This document shows positions 1 through 12,124 of a stretch of 64,000 nucleotides of DNA, one piece after another (position 1 is the stretch's first letter; every line of letters starts with the position of its first letter). The notes under the pieces are model-generated. The model saw only the letters and a list, made by a program, of their open reading frames with translations. It was not told where the DNA came from and made no database searches. The position numbers were made by a program, and so were the translations under genes. Origin of the DNA: Octopus sinensis (taxonomy: Eukaryota); NCBI RefSeq assembly GCF_006345805.1, contig NC_043000.1, positions 68,510,001 to 68,574,000 on the forward strand. Reading direction: 5' to 3'.

Positions 1-119
1 GTAATCTGAAATAAATTTGTTAATTTCCTTAATGTTTTTACTCAGTAGAGTTAAGTGGGTCGTCATAAACTAGTGTGATAAATAGTGGGTCGCGACTCTA
101 AAAAGTTTGGGAACCACTG
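1..119. mobile_element. Right end of a hAT (Charlie-like) DNA transposon
   Basis: Ends GGGTCGCGAC...AAAAGTTTGGGAACCACTG (reverse complement of a CAGTGGTTCCCAAAC TIR), followed by GTCTAGTG, resembling the NTCTAGAN target of Charlie elements. Confidence 0.7.
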
Positions 120-356
120 GTCTAGTGAATATATTACCAACAGTTATATGTAAGGAAACAGCTGTTGACAATCAGTGCAGTCACAATATCAGCCATGTCA
201 GAATAGGACGCGAGGGATTATTCCGCGATCACTCTGCTGACGAACGAGCTGGCTCTTTTACCATCGTACATTAGCAAAAGAACCACAAAAACCGCAGTAG
301 AAGTTTATTCACCTGAAATTAGATCGGCGTGGCTTCTGGCAGCCACTTGTTCTAAT

Positions 357-598
357 ATGAAGGAAGAGGTGACATTGCTGGAGTTCGAAGAGAAAAAAGT
401 GCAGAATGGTATGGCGGGAGTCTTCGGGTGGCAATTCAAGCCACACCAGCGGTACTGGAGGAAATTCCAGAATTTATAATTCTGCCGGATGAGACAAAAC
501 TTAGAATCTCGGTCCAGGGCAGAATCCCAAGATGTTTCGAGAGCGGACTGAAGAGGCACGTAAGGAAAATGTGCTCCCAGACCCTTTCAACCTGAAGA
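357..598 (+). pseudogene. Frameshifted non-LTR ORF1 (gag-like) zinc-knuckle fragment
   Basis: Manual translation: LRVAIQATPAVLEEIPEFIILPDETKLRISVQGRIPRCFESGLKRHVRKMC; degenerate CX2CX4HX4C at 533-574 with the second Cys changed to Ser. Confidence 0.65.
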
Positions 599-948
599 AC
601 AGGGGAAAAAAACAGAATGAACCAAAGGAACAGCAAGAGAAGCCGAACGAGGAAGCTCCAGGTGAGGAGGAAGAGGAGCAGGAATAAGCGGAAAAGATAG
701 TGGAGAAGGAGAATTGCGTGCCGGAGGAAGCTGGACCGTTCACATCTACCGAGGTAAGTGAGGAGGAATGGTCAATTGGAGGGAGGAAGAAGAAAAAAAT
801 TCTCGTTCTCTTCCTCCAAAAAACACAAAAAGCTTAAAAACGAATACACAAGAACAGATACGAACGCAGACAAAAGACATTACAAACGCAGACAGCAAAA
901 AGGACACAGATACCCCCCAAAAAACACTGAATATACAACATAAGCAAC

Positions 949-1879
949 GGATCTTTACCTTTTGACCGGCAGATTTAGAAAATAATTTTTTGTAACAAAA
1001 CACTTTCAAACTTCGGACACTGATAGAATGTGTTATATAAAACATCTTTTACTCTTAGCATTTTTGAGAAAAGTTTATATTTACGAAGTTATTTCGTGTT
1101 AAAATCGTCGTATTTCGGTAATTTCAACCAATGAAATACGTATTCAACTGAATAAAATTACTGCTGTTGTTTGTCAACAACAAATTCCGGCGGTGTATAT
1201 TTCGTTTGTCACTGTTACTTATGATATCGTTAGTGCATTTGTACTGGTTTTAGCTTTAAGGTTTTAGGGCTAGAGTTATAGGGTTAGGGTTTTTGGGCTA
1301 GGGTTTTAGGGTTAGGGTTAGGGTTTTAGCGTTAAGGTTAGGGTTTTAAAGTTAGGGTTAGGGTTTTAGGGCTAGGGTTAGAGTTAGGGTTTTAGGGCTA
1401 GAGTTACGGAAAAAATGAAAAGTGAAGAAATTGGAGGGGTAGGGGTAGGGGGCAAAAAAGTATTTCCGAAAATAGTAGCTGAAAAACAGGAAAACTAAAA
1501 CTAAAAGCAGTAGAAATGCACGAACGATTATGGTGGTGCCATGAAGTAAACATGCTTCAGATACACTCGTTTATTCATACAAACGTAACTGAGATGAAAT
1601 ATGTCATAAATAACAGTGACAAACGAAATATACACCGCCGGAATTTGTTGTTGACAAATAACAGCAGTAATTATATTCAGTTGAATACACATCTCATTGG
1701 TTGAAATTACCGAAATACGACAATTTTAACACGAAATAACTTCGTAAATATAAAGTTTTCTCAAAAACGCTAAGAGTAAAAGATGTTTTATATGACACAT
1801 TTTACCAGTGTCCGAAGTTTGAAAGTGTTTAGTTACAAAAAATTATTTTCTAAATCTGCCGGTCAAAAGGTAAAGATCC
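949..1879. mobile_element. Non-autonomous foldback DNA transposon (Merlin-like termini) with telomeric-repeat core, copy 1
   Basis: About 280-bp TIRs starting GGATCTTTACCTTTTGACC; flanks TAAGCAAC/CAAGCAAC (8-bp TSD, 7/8 match); second copy at 24135-24789. Confidence 0.85.
1250..1406 (+). repeat. Degenerate TTAGGG/TTTTAGGG telomere-like array inside the MITE
   Basis: gggttagggttagggttttagc... read directly. Confidence 0.9.
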
Positions 1880-2359
1880 CAAGCAACATACAGCAAGGAC
1901 AAAGAGACAAAAATAAACGCTCAAGAACAGATACGAACGCAGACAAAAACATTACAAACGCAGACACGAAAAAAAGTTACCTCAAAATGAATACTGAATA
2001 TATAACACAACACAATATGAACAAAGTGGCAAAAATAAAATAACTGTTTAAAAACTCTTTCTAAAAATGTCCAGTGACGTTATCTGGAGCGTGGGGTTCG
2101 AGTTGATGTCGTTCCACCTTTTCATTTATCATTACTATTCTTTCATTCGATTTTATTTTTCCCCACTTTTATGTTTTGTCTGTCCTTGTTTGTCCACTCT
2201 GTGTTAGGCCCTGTGTGGCCAAATAAAGAAATGTAGTCAGCGAGGTACGCTGTTCGGGCCAGTCCTGCAGAGATGACGAAATACGTAGTCATAATGCGGG
2301 ACATATCTCTTAAGGCGGGACTTATCTCAGAGTAGAGCTGCAACGATCGAAGACCACTA

Positions 2360-2575
2360 CTTATCTTTTACTTGTTTCAGTCATCAGACTGCGGTCATGC
2401 TGGGGTACCGCCTTAAATAACTTTTAGTCGAATGAATCTACCCCAGTACCTTTGTTATAATTTGAAGCTTAGTACTTATTCTATTTCTTTTGCCTAACTA
2501 GGTTACGGGGACGTAAGCACACCACTACCGGTTTGTCAAGCGGTGATTGAACACACACAAACAGGCTTTCTCTGT
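2360..2575 (-). mobile_element. tRNA-derived SINE family B, 3' part
   Basis: TTGTTTCAGTCAT..GACTGCGG.CATGCTGGGG..CCGCCTT motif shared with 10560-10980 and 41885-42272. Confidence 0.75.
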
Positions 2576-2618
2576 CTATTTATCTCTCTCTAAGCACACA
2601 CACATATATGAATATATA

Positions 2619-2622
<4 letters not shown>

Positions 2623-2700
<78 letters not shown>

Positions 2701-2760
2701 CATGTATGTATGTATGTATATATGTATTATGTATGTATATATGTATGCATGTATGTATGA
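2623..2760. repeat. (TA)n followed by (TATG)n microsatellite
   Basis: Direct reading. Confidence 0.95.
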
Positions 2761-4639
2761 ATGGGTATGAATTCAAACTGCATCAGGTAGTGGAACCCTG
2801 GTACAGGAAAACCGGGCTTTTGAGGAGTACGGAATCAATTTCTTAGCCATTGTTGTTCCCAAGTTTATTATGATCCAGAATAGTAGCACATGTTAGGGTC
2901 CTAGTTATGTGATAACTAGCATGTGAACCACAAAGAGTGAAGGACCCCGAATTGACGTTAGAACTTACTTCTAGAAGGTAAACTCTTATATAAAACCTGA
3001 AATGCAGTTGATTTCTGGTCGTTTCAGCTTGTGTTGCGCCACTAGTGTTATGGAAGATTGTGCTGAAAAGTGAGTTCAGCGAACTAATCAAAACGGGTGG
3101 CGGATGGCAAAGGCGTGGCGGCAGTTGTTTAAAATGCTAATTTCAGACAGTTAGAAATCAGTTGACTGGCTTATATAATAGTAATTCTTCTTCAGATATT
3201 GAGTACTCTTCTTTCTCCTGTTCGTCTTCTCTAATGCGTGTGGGTATGAATGTGTGTGAATATATATCTATTTATGTATGGAAGCATGCATGTGTATATA
3301 TGTGTATATATGTATGTATGTATGTATGTATTTTTGTATACTGGTATGTATGTATTTATGTGTTTTAAGCATGTGAACATTTTTGCGGCGAGGTGTATTA
3401 AAGAAAGAAAATCTTTGAATAAATCAATTGTTACTTATCATAATTTGTAGATAATGTATCTATCTTGAGATACGAACGGACCCTTCAAGTTAACAATACT
3501 TCAACACATTCGACTGGATTTATATGGTCATGTTTAGTGTATTTACATTGATAAGATGTGATAGTATCTTTTGATAAGATCGAACTCAATAAAGAGAGCA
3601 GAGTGACCATTAGATAAATGGTTTTGAGATGCAATCAGTGATAGTAAGGTTAAAAGGTATAATGAGGAAAGTAGATTGTGAAAGGGATGATGGGGACAGA
3701 CTGGCGAGAAAATAATCTTGTCAGTTACAAAAATAAGCAGAGGAGTGGGTTTGATGTAGTTAGTTAAAATGCTTACCATGTTGGTAATTTTTGACAAGCC
3801 AGTAGAGCGAGGAGAATGAGCGTGAATGTATGGAAAAAAGGGCATAAACATTAGTTTGATGTCGAGGCAGAAAATTTCGAAAAATAACGACATGTAGAAA
3901 GGTAATAAAAAAGGCGGAACATGAAGGAAAGGGACATTAAAAAAAATCTACACTATATGTTGCTTAAAATGAACCAAAGATAATTCACGATTGTACGAGC
4001 TGATAAGTTGGTTATCTATCGATACACGCACCTTGAGTCTATTACCGAAAGTTTGACAAAATCTTTTGACAACTTTCTAAAGAAAATATACAGTTCAAGC
4101 AGAACAAGAAAGATAAAGTGATATGAAGCAAAAGGATGAAGTCTGACAGATGTCTGCCTAGCTCAGCCAAGCGTCCAGTCCGACTGTGATTTAAACACGA
4201 TTCATAAAACCTCAACAAAAGCCCCATCATGGCCGGCCGGAATTCAATAGCAAAATTCCGACGAAACATGTGTTTGTTTTGCGGAGTCAACGTTATCAAA
4301 TTTATTTGAAATCAAATTAGCACTTTACGACCTACCCAGCTATCAAATAGCTTTAAAACTCCTACTTCTTAAAATACCATCACAAACTAATTTTAGTGTT
4401 TCGTTTAGTTATTTTTTTCTAGTGTTGTGCTTTATAATTTCTTTCTCAATACAAGTACTCCAAGTTGACTATTCAATTATTCCATATTTTGCAGATAGCT
4501 ACCTCATTTACACTTTCACTCGTTTAAAAATCTTAAAAATAGTAAGACATCTTCAAAATTGAATTCTTTCATAAATCGTATATTTTCAAGAATAAGTTTA
4601 GATTGGTTTCCTTGAATGGTTTCTAAAAATCCTTTCTAT

Positions 4640-4823
4640 TATAAGCACAAAGCCTGAAATTTTTGGAGAAGGGGCTGATAAAGTATATCGGCTCCAATAC
4701 TCAACTCCGAAGGGCGAAAGGCAAAGTCTACCGCAGTGGAAGTTGAACTCAGAATGTAAAACCAGAAGAAATACCGCTAAACATTTTGTCCGGCGTGCTC
4801 CCGATTCAGGCTGCTCGCTGCCT
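4640..4823 (-). mobile_element. SINE family A (tRNA head + Nin-like domain), degenerate
   Basis: Reverse complement of ..TTAGCGGTATTTC..TTCTGAGTTCAA..GACTTTGCCTTTC; more than 10 copies in the window. Confidence 0.7.
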
Positions 4824-6412
4824 GAAAGAGTTCTATGAATAAGGTAGCTCTTCACTTTCAGGCTGTCAGTGAAATGTGCTATCCTTAACAGGAATCACTA
4901 TACGGGTGATGTTGGTTTCTTTGTTTATTTTATGGTATTGCTTTTCTAACAAAGTACGACTAACCTACTGAGTTGACGTCAATATATTTATATATTTACT
5001 AATAGTTATTTCATGATCTCATAGAGTTGTGAAAAACTAAAAGCTTGTAATCCTAAATATTACAGATATTAATACATTAGGTTCTGTTGGTCAATGTTAT
5101 CGCTATTTTTCTATCTGGTACTGATGAGAAGTAAGAGTTCGAATGCAGGCATCCATCAGTCCAACAAGGAGCGCACTGAGCTGACTAAGTTGTTTTACAC
5201 CTTTTTATCTCATGCAAGGATTTTTTTCCCCTTGAGAATGAAAAAAGCCTTTTACAGGACAAAATATTCACTAGAACTGGCAGTAAGTTTGAAAAGAGGA
5301 GTATTTTGCAATGGTAATGTTAGTAGATGCAAAGAGCCAGAAGGCCTGGCTGCAATTTAAGAGGTGAGAGAGCTTGCAGGTTGTTATCTGTTGTTTTCTT
5401 GATGGTCCACTACTTTGAATGGGTATTTTACTGAACAACTTCAAATGAACATAAAAATTTTCAGCGGGAATAAAAACTCCCGTTTGACACCCCTCACAAG
5501 CAATTTGACTATACACACACACACACACACACACACTAACACACTAACACACACACACACACACACACACACAAATACTTCAACTCTCCGCACACACACA
5601 CACACATACTTCAACTCTCCGACCCTTATAAGACGAATAAAGTATGGGACCGTCAAAGCATGTCTGCAGTTTTATATATAAAGCAACAATAATAATTGCA
5701 ATGATTTCTAACAATGAAATGCATTGATACCCTTGGTAGAAATTGAACTCAATACATACATGCATACACACAATGTACATATATACCTACATGTATGCAT
5801 GCACGCACTCATACACACACGCACACGCACGTATGTATAGTAAATGGTCTCGTGAACCAGGCAGACACTTTTGCCTGTTGTATCTCAAAATTCCATACAT
5901 TGTCCAAGAGTTGATCTTTTTACTTTTCATGAGACATAAGTATATCAACTTTTTCATTGTCCATTCTTGAGTAAAAATCCTCAGGTAAGGAAGTACGCAC
6001 CTTTGTGACACGCTGCTGCCACGCTTCTTACTCTGACTGGGTTCTATCCAGAAGTGTTGTCAGTAAAACTACCACCATTTCTATTAACGTTCGTACTCAA
6101 CAAAATATGTATTTCAGTGTGTGGGAGTGTGTTTCATTGTTGTTATTAAACTGTTACTATACCTGTCCTTACTGGTTTTAATAAATACAGAAAAATATCA
6201 ATATTTCCTTCCTCGACAGCGGGGGTGCTCCTTCCCATAATATTTATGCTCAGTTTTTATTATATATTCATTGTCAGTATATTTCTTTTTTTATCTATTT
6301 ATTTCTGTTCAGTTGTACTCAAGTTGAATTATTGAGGATAGGTCTCTTTCCAGTTAATATGTGTTATCTTAAATTGAATGCACCCACAGTGAATGAATGT
6401 TTAAAAATGTTA

Positions 6413-6432
6413 TCTTAATATATAAAGCAGAG

Positions 6433-6473
<41 letters not shown>

Positions 6474-6510
6474 ATATGTTCCTTATGCATTTGAAATCTT
6501 AATATATAAA

Positions 6511-6573
<63 letters not shown>

Positions 6574-7585
6574 AGAAGAGAGAGTGTGTGTGTATGTGTA
6601 CGTGTCTGTGTTCCTTATGCATTCGAAAACTTAGTAGCCGATTTTGACGTATGGAGTATCAAATGATTCAGTAATCTTTCGGCTACCAAATGAACTTTAT
6701 TTTTTATTTACATATTTGCATTACAAGCATTTAACATTATAATTTTCTATAAGTTAACTATTGTAAACGACATTTTATACCACGCACGATAACGTCGATG
6801 ACGACGACACGCTCTATATGAGTATGTGTCTGTGAGTGTGCGTGTGTTTGTGTGTTCATTACGTACTTTAGTCCGATGACAGAGAAGTATATGTGCGTGA
6901 GTGTATGTAACGATGTATGTGTGTGTCAATATACATACATTTTTGTGACGACTCACACACACACGCGCGCGCACATATACACATCTAAAGACACACACAC
7001 ACACACACACACACACAGAGGGGGGGGGGGCAGAGATACGCCTGAGGTGTGCGTGAATGTATGTCGCTCTGTGTCTGTCTTAGTATATGTATATGACGTA
7101 TGAGGTATCAAAAGATTCAGTAGTCTTTCGGCTACCAAATGAATTTAATTTTAATTTACATATTTGTATTACAAAAAATTTAACAATCTTTCTATAAGCC
7201 AACTATCGTAAGTGATATTTCATACCACCACGACGACGACGTCACATTTTCCATATGAGTGTGTATGTGCCTGTGAGTGTGTGTATGTTTGTATGTTTGC
7301 GCGTTCGTTACGTACATTATAGACCGATTACTGGGAAGTATATGTGTGCGAGTGTATGTGACAGTGTATGTGTGTGAATATACATACATTTTTGCGAGGA
7401 CTGATACGCACACGCACATCTAAAGAGAAAGAGCTACACACATAGGGACAGAGATACGCCTGAGATGTGCGTGAATGTATGTCTCACTGTGTCTGTCTTA
7501 GTATAAGCATGTGAGTGTATGTCAGAGTGTATGTGTGTGCGACTGTTTGTGTGATCATTTTTGTACGTTACGCCTCAGACAATTA

Positions 7586-7616
<31 letters not shown>

Positions 7617-9717
7617 CACACACACACATCTACACATACATATATGTGTATGAGTGTGTATGTGTCTGTAAGTGTGTGTGTGTGTGTGTGTGTTTCTGTG
7701 TTCGTTACGTCTATAGTAAACTATAGTGAAAGAAATTTTACATCGTTTTAATGAGCCCACATCTGATGATGTAGCCATCCTTACGGTAGGTGATCCCCAT
7801 GAGTAAAGAAATTGGTATTTTTAAAAAATGTAAAGAAATAGGTAGGTGATCCCCATGAAAATCGTGATATTCTCATTCGTGCTCGAGATAACAACTTTAA
7901 ATGTGTTTCAGAGGCTCTTATGATGCTCTCCAGTAACCTCTTATTTTGTGGAATGGACAAGATGGATATCATTTTAATATTCCACAAATTGAACCTACAA
8001 CGCCAGCGCGAATTACTAAAAGGTGTCGTCAAATGACTTCTATTCTTACCAACTGATGTTAAGAACAAAACAATCAAATCAATTACACATGCATCGTGAT
8101 CTATTTCAACAATACCTGGTTGACATGTATGCTAAAGTTGTGAGTGAACGTCTTTTCTGCATTCGTAAGAATCAAAAAAAGTTAAGGGCTAAAAATTATG
8201 TTCATTTCTAAAATGCTCTGAGGACAGATGGTGATATTCAAAACATTGGGCAACGTATAATCCTCCCATCATATAATTCACAGATAGTCCTCGATATATG
8301 CGCGAATGAACAATCAGGAAAACCAGATCGTTTTGTCACTTTCACCTGCAATCCTAAATGGGAAGAAATCTAACCTTCTTCCAATAAAATCTAACCTTCT
8401 TCCAGTGTTGCATCTTTTGGTATTGCAGCTACCCTCCTCGATGGTGGAAGAACTGCTCATTCTATGTTCAAGCTCCCTCTAAACCTTGCAATGAAAGAAT
8501 CTCAAGTGTGCAACATTTCAAAAAACTCTGCAGTTCTCCCACAAACTTTCCTCATTGTTTGGGATGAGTACACAATGTCACACCGTGGAGCTCTAAAGGC
8601 ACTTGACCGTACCCTCTAAGACTAAAAAACAATAGCACGCTCGTGGAAGGGGTAACAGTTCTTGCAGATTTTCGTCAAACGTTGTCAGTTATCCCCAAAG
8701 GATCAAACACTGATGAGGTCAATGCATGCTTTAAAAAAATCGAACCTTTGGAGACATGTGAAAAAAGTTCATCTTACAAGCAGCATGAGAGTACTTCTAC
8801 AAGGTGATCATATGAGTTTCTTAAGATTGGTAATGGGATATTAACAATCATCTCAAGACTTCAGCTACATTAAATTACATGCGATCAAATGATTCTTTCT
8901 CTTGGGGACCTTATGGATAATGTATTTCCTAATTTATCTGTCAATTACACTGATGTAAGCTGGCTATGTGAAAGAGCTATACTGGCTCCAACTAATGAAA
9001 TGGTTGATAAACACAATCATGAACTTCTTCAAAATTTGGCAATTACATCAGAAATGACTTTTCGATCAACTGTCGATGAAGATCAGGTTGTTCAATATCT
9101 TGTTGAATCTCTGAACATACTCAAACCCACTGGGATGCTACCGCATAACTTGACACTAAGACTTTGTACTCCCATTATGTTGCTTAGGAATCTTGACCCA
9201 TCTCACCCGTGTAAAGGAACTCGCTTAATTGTTACTTCCATGAAGCCTCGTGTGCTACAGGCAACAATCATAATAGGTAGTCACAAAGGAGAAAATGTCT
9301 TTATTTCAAAAATTTCACTACAGATGTTCCATTTGAATTTAAGACGCTTCAGTTTCCAGTTAAATTAAGTTTTGGTATTTCAATTAACAAATCTCAGGGT
9401 CGATCCCTCAGGGTAGTTGCACTTGATCTCTTTACTACATGCTTCTCTTACGGCCAACTCTATGTTGCTTGCTCGCGACTTGGAAACGGCAGCAATTTAT
9501 TCATTTCGATACCAACAAAAAATTACACAATGAATATTGTTTACCCTGAGGTGCTCCAACATTAACAGATTTTCTGTTCGAAATTCTATTATGATTACAA
9601 TTTGGATATTTTAAAATAAGATATATATATTTTGAAATAATTGAGAAAATATATCTTTATATTTATTGTTTACTAATCTGAATAAGACCAGCAGTAACCG
9701 CCGGCTCATTTAGCTAG
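6413..9717 (+). mobile_element. Helitron with both termini, internally deleted
   Basis: A|TCTTAATATATAAAGCAG 5' end, degenerate GC hairpin then CTAG|T 3' end, RepHel remnant inside; 5' end repeated at 6497; about 450-bp tandem units at about 6640-7510. Confidence 0.85.
7845..9565 (+). pseudogene. Helitron Rep/PIF1-like helicase, multiply disrupted
   Basis: Motifs LFQQYLVDMYAKVVSERL, FVTFTCNPKWEEI, GIAATLLDGGRTAHS, LIVWDE, ERAILAPTN, IMLLRNLD, QFPVKLSFGISINKSQG, GQLYVACSR across stops and frameshifts. Confidence 0.92.
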
Positions 9718-9909
9718 TAAATGTTAGACTTTATTATTTTCCCAGTACTGAGAAATTGTCCAGAAACGTTCCAGAAAGGAGTTTACTCAGCGAAATAATT
9801 TAAAAAGAGTCTTTTGTTTGTTTTTTCAGCTACGATTTGCTCAAATTCCAAAAACCTGCGGCACTATATGTCACATCTTTTCATGTCAGACACAAATAAC
9901 AATAACAAT

Positions 9910-10092
9910 AGTGGTTTCAAATTTTGGTAAACGTCCAGCAATTTTGGGTGAAGGGGTAAGTCGATGACAACGACCCCAGTGCTCAACTGGTATTTATATT
10001 ATGGACTTTGGCGGAATTTGAACTCAGAAGGTAAAGATGGACGAAATGCCGCTAAGTGTTTGCCCAGCGTATTCTGCCAGATTGTCGCCTTA
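9910..10092 (-). mobile_element. SINE family A, next to (ATA)n at 10091-10142
   Basis: GGCGGAATTTGAACTCAGAA..GACGAAATGCCGCTAAG..TCTGCCAG. Confidence 0.75.
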
Positions 10093-10098
10093 ATAATG

Positions 10099-10142
<44 letters not shown>

Positions 10143-10559
10143 TTTTTAATGCTATAAGGAAGACGGATTGTGACATTACAAGGGTAAATAATAATGATTT
10201 GACAATGCATTCTTCATGAAGTGGTTAAACTAGTATTTTTCGAAATTGCCGCACTCATATATCCTTTTTATTGTCGAAATGAAACAACTAGCCTAGTGTC
10301 AAGAGAACAAAACCATAAATGAAAAGAAAAAAGTCAATTGGCGTACAAGTTACCGAGTAACTTAAGGTAAAGGGATTAACTAAAGAAGAAAGGCTACATA
10401 GAACATAGCAAAGCAAGAACGCACTTGCTTGTACCGGTGGAATTTAGATGAAGTGGTAGTAATGATGGACTCTTTACTAAGCTGATTTTATTAAATAAAG
10501 ATGATAGCTACATAGATTAAAGAAATGAGCAGGCACACTGCTCATTCATATGCATACCT

Positions 10560-10980
10560 TTTATCTACTACTTTCTTCAGTCATTGAACTGCAGCCATGC
10601 TGGGGGGGGGGCACTTCTCTGAGGGGCTTTAGCCGAACAAATCGACCCCAGAACTTATTAATTTTAATGTTTGGTACTTTAAAAAGGCTACTAGTTGCAA
10701 AACTGCTAAGTTTCGGGGACGTAAACAAACCAACACCGGTTGTCAAAATGTGGCGCTCGCACACACACACACACACACACACAACACACACACACACATA
10801 TATATATATATAATATATACAACGGACTTCTTTCAGTTTCTCTTTGCCATATCCTCTGACAAGGCTTTGGTCGGTCCATGGCGATATTAAAAGACACTAG
10901 CCCATGGTACCGCGCAGCGGGACTGAACCCGAAACTATATGGTCGGGGCACAAACTGCTAACCACACAGCCATACCTCTG
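10560..10980 (-). mobile_element. tRNA-derived SINE family B, full length with internal (CA)n
   Basis: Head on the minus strand GGCTGTGTGGTTAG...CGGGTTCAGTCCC (A/B-box-like); matches 41885-42272. Confidence 0.8.
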
Positions 10981-11459
10981 TCTCTACACAGCCAGATATG
11001 TTAAATGGGCATTTGTCTGTGACAAGAGTTATGTAGTCTAATATGAATAAAAACTGGTGAACCGAGTATGCAAACAGGTTTATTTTCTGCTCGTTACAGT
11101 ATCACTTAGCCTAGGGTTAATAAGTTTGAAAATTGCATGAATACCACAACATCAATATCTCCATCATTTGAAGTCAGTAAAACTAGTCATCTGTTGATAG
11201 AATACTTTCTGACCATAAAATTTCAAGCGATTGATTCTATAACCTTAGTCTGTAGAATATATGTTCATGTTCTTGTCTGTGCCTGTTTAACTGTGTCCGG
11301 TTGCGTCCCTCTATATCATAAATATAACCCGACAGGTCGATAAATACATGTTGATAAATTATATACCCGACTGAAAACCTTGGAGGTTAAGAATAAAAGA
11401 ATATGCGTGTATGTGTGTGGCTGTGTTGGAGTTGTGTGTATGTTTGTGCGTGTATTTTA

Positions 11460-11498
<39 letters not shown>

Positions 11499-11574
11499 AA
11501 TAAAATAGAACATATGCATATATATAAACATATATGTACGTACCTACCTCTACATGTACATATACACGCATATA

Positions 11575-11713
11575 TGTGTACAGGACACCAAAAAGACGTC
11601 GAACACATAGAGAGACGAAACACATAGACACAAACCAAGGAACAAGACAAGCAAAAAAAAAGAGAGAGATACAGGACAATAAGCACAACGAAAAATCCCC
11701 TTCTTCAGTCGCT
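11575..11713 (-). mobile_element. Penelope-like terminal-repeat (pLTR-type) fragment
   Basis: GACTGAAGA motif then T-rich tail on the minus strand; same layout as 26330-26510 and 51136-51480. Confidence 0.45.
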
Positions 11714-11751
11714 ATCTTGGGATTTACTGTCAGATGACTTTTGGCCAATCT

Positions 11752-11799
<48 letters not shown>

Positions 11800-11801
<2 letters not shown>

Positions 11802-12009
11802 AGATTGGCCAAAAGTCATCTGACAGTAAATCCCAAGATTTATGTTTAACAACTGAATGAATTTACTAAAAACATCTAAATATGAAACATCATGAAAATT
11901 GTTCAAACTGAAGTCCTTGAGCGACACATTTTTCCATTCGAGTCAATACAGAATTACAAATAGTATTTATGGAATTTTGATTTACTGTCGGGTGATTTTT
12001 GGCTAGCCC

Positions 12010-12011
<2 letters not shown>
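11800..12011. mobile_element. Tc1/mariner-type MITE
   Basis: 33-bp TIRs CAAGATTGGCCAAAAGTCATCTGACAGTAAATC / CAGGGCTAGCCAAAAATCACCCGACAGTAAATC (7 mismatches), in TA/CA tracts. Confidence 0.8.
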
Positions 12012-12067
<56 letters not shown>

Positions 12068-12124
12068 TGCGTGCGTGTGTGTGTGTGAATTCAAGTTATG
12101 CAACAGGAGTAGTTCTATAGTGTT

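Larger units (their letters stand above)
190..2232 (+). mobile_element. Decayed L1/Tx1-type element with ORF1 and 3' tail but no visible ORF2; interrupted by a foldback MITE
   Basis: Zinc-knuckle ORF1 remnant at about 357-800, A-rich spacer, pyrimidine-rich 3' tail ending CCCTGTGTGGCCAAATAAAGAAAT. Confidence 0.5.

Noticed and set aside
1250-1406. True telomere or chromosome-fusion scar
   Set aside because: The array is short, degenerate and enclosed by TIRs with a TSD; a second copy lies at 24 kb.
5112-5160. CTGATGA-GAA..TTC-GAATGCA as a hammerhead
   Set aside because: No GAAA, no UH site and no adjacent stem I; single occurrence.
8889-9368. Host PIF1 helicase gene
   Set aside because: Lies inside Helitron termini with Rep motifs and multiple disruptions.
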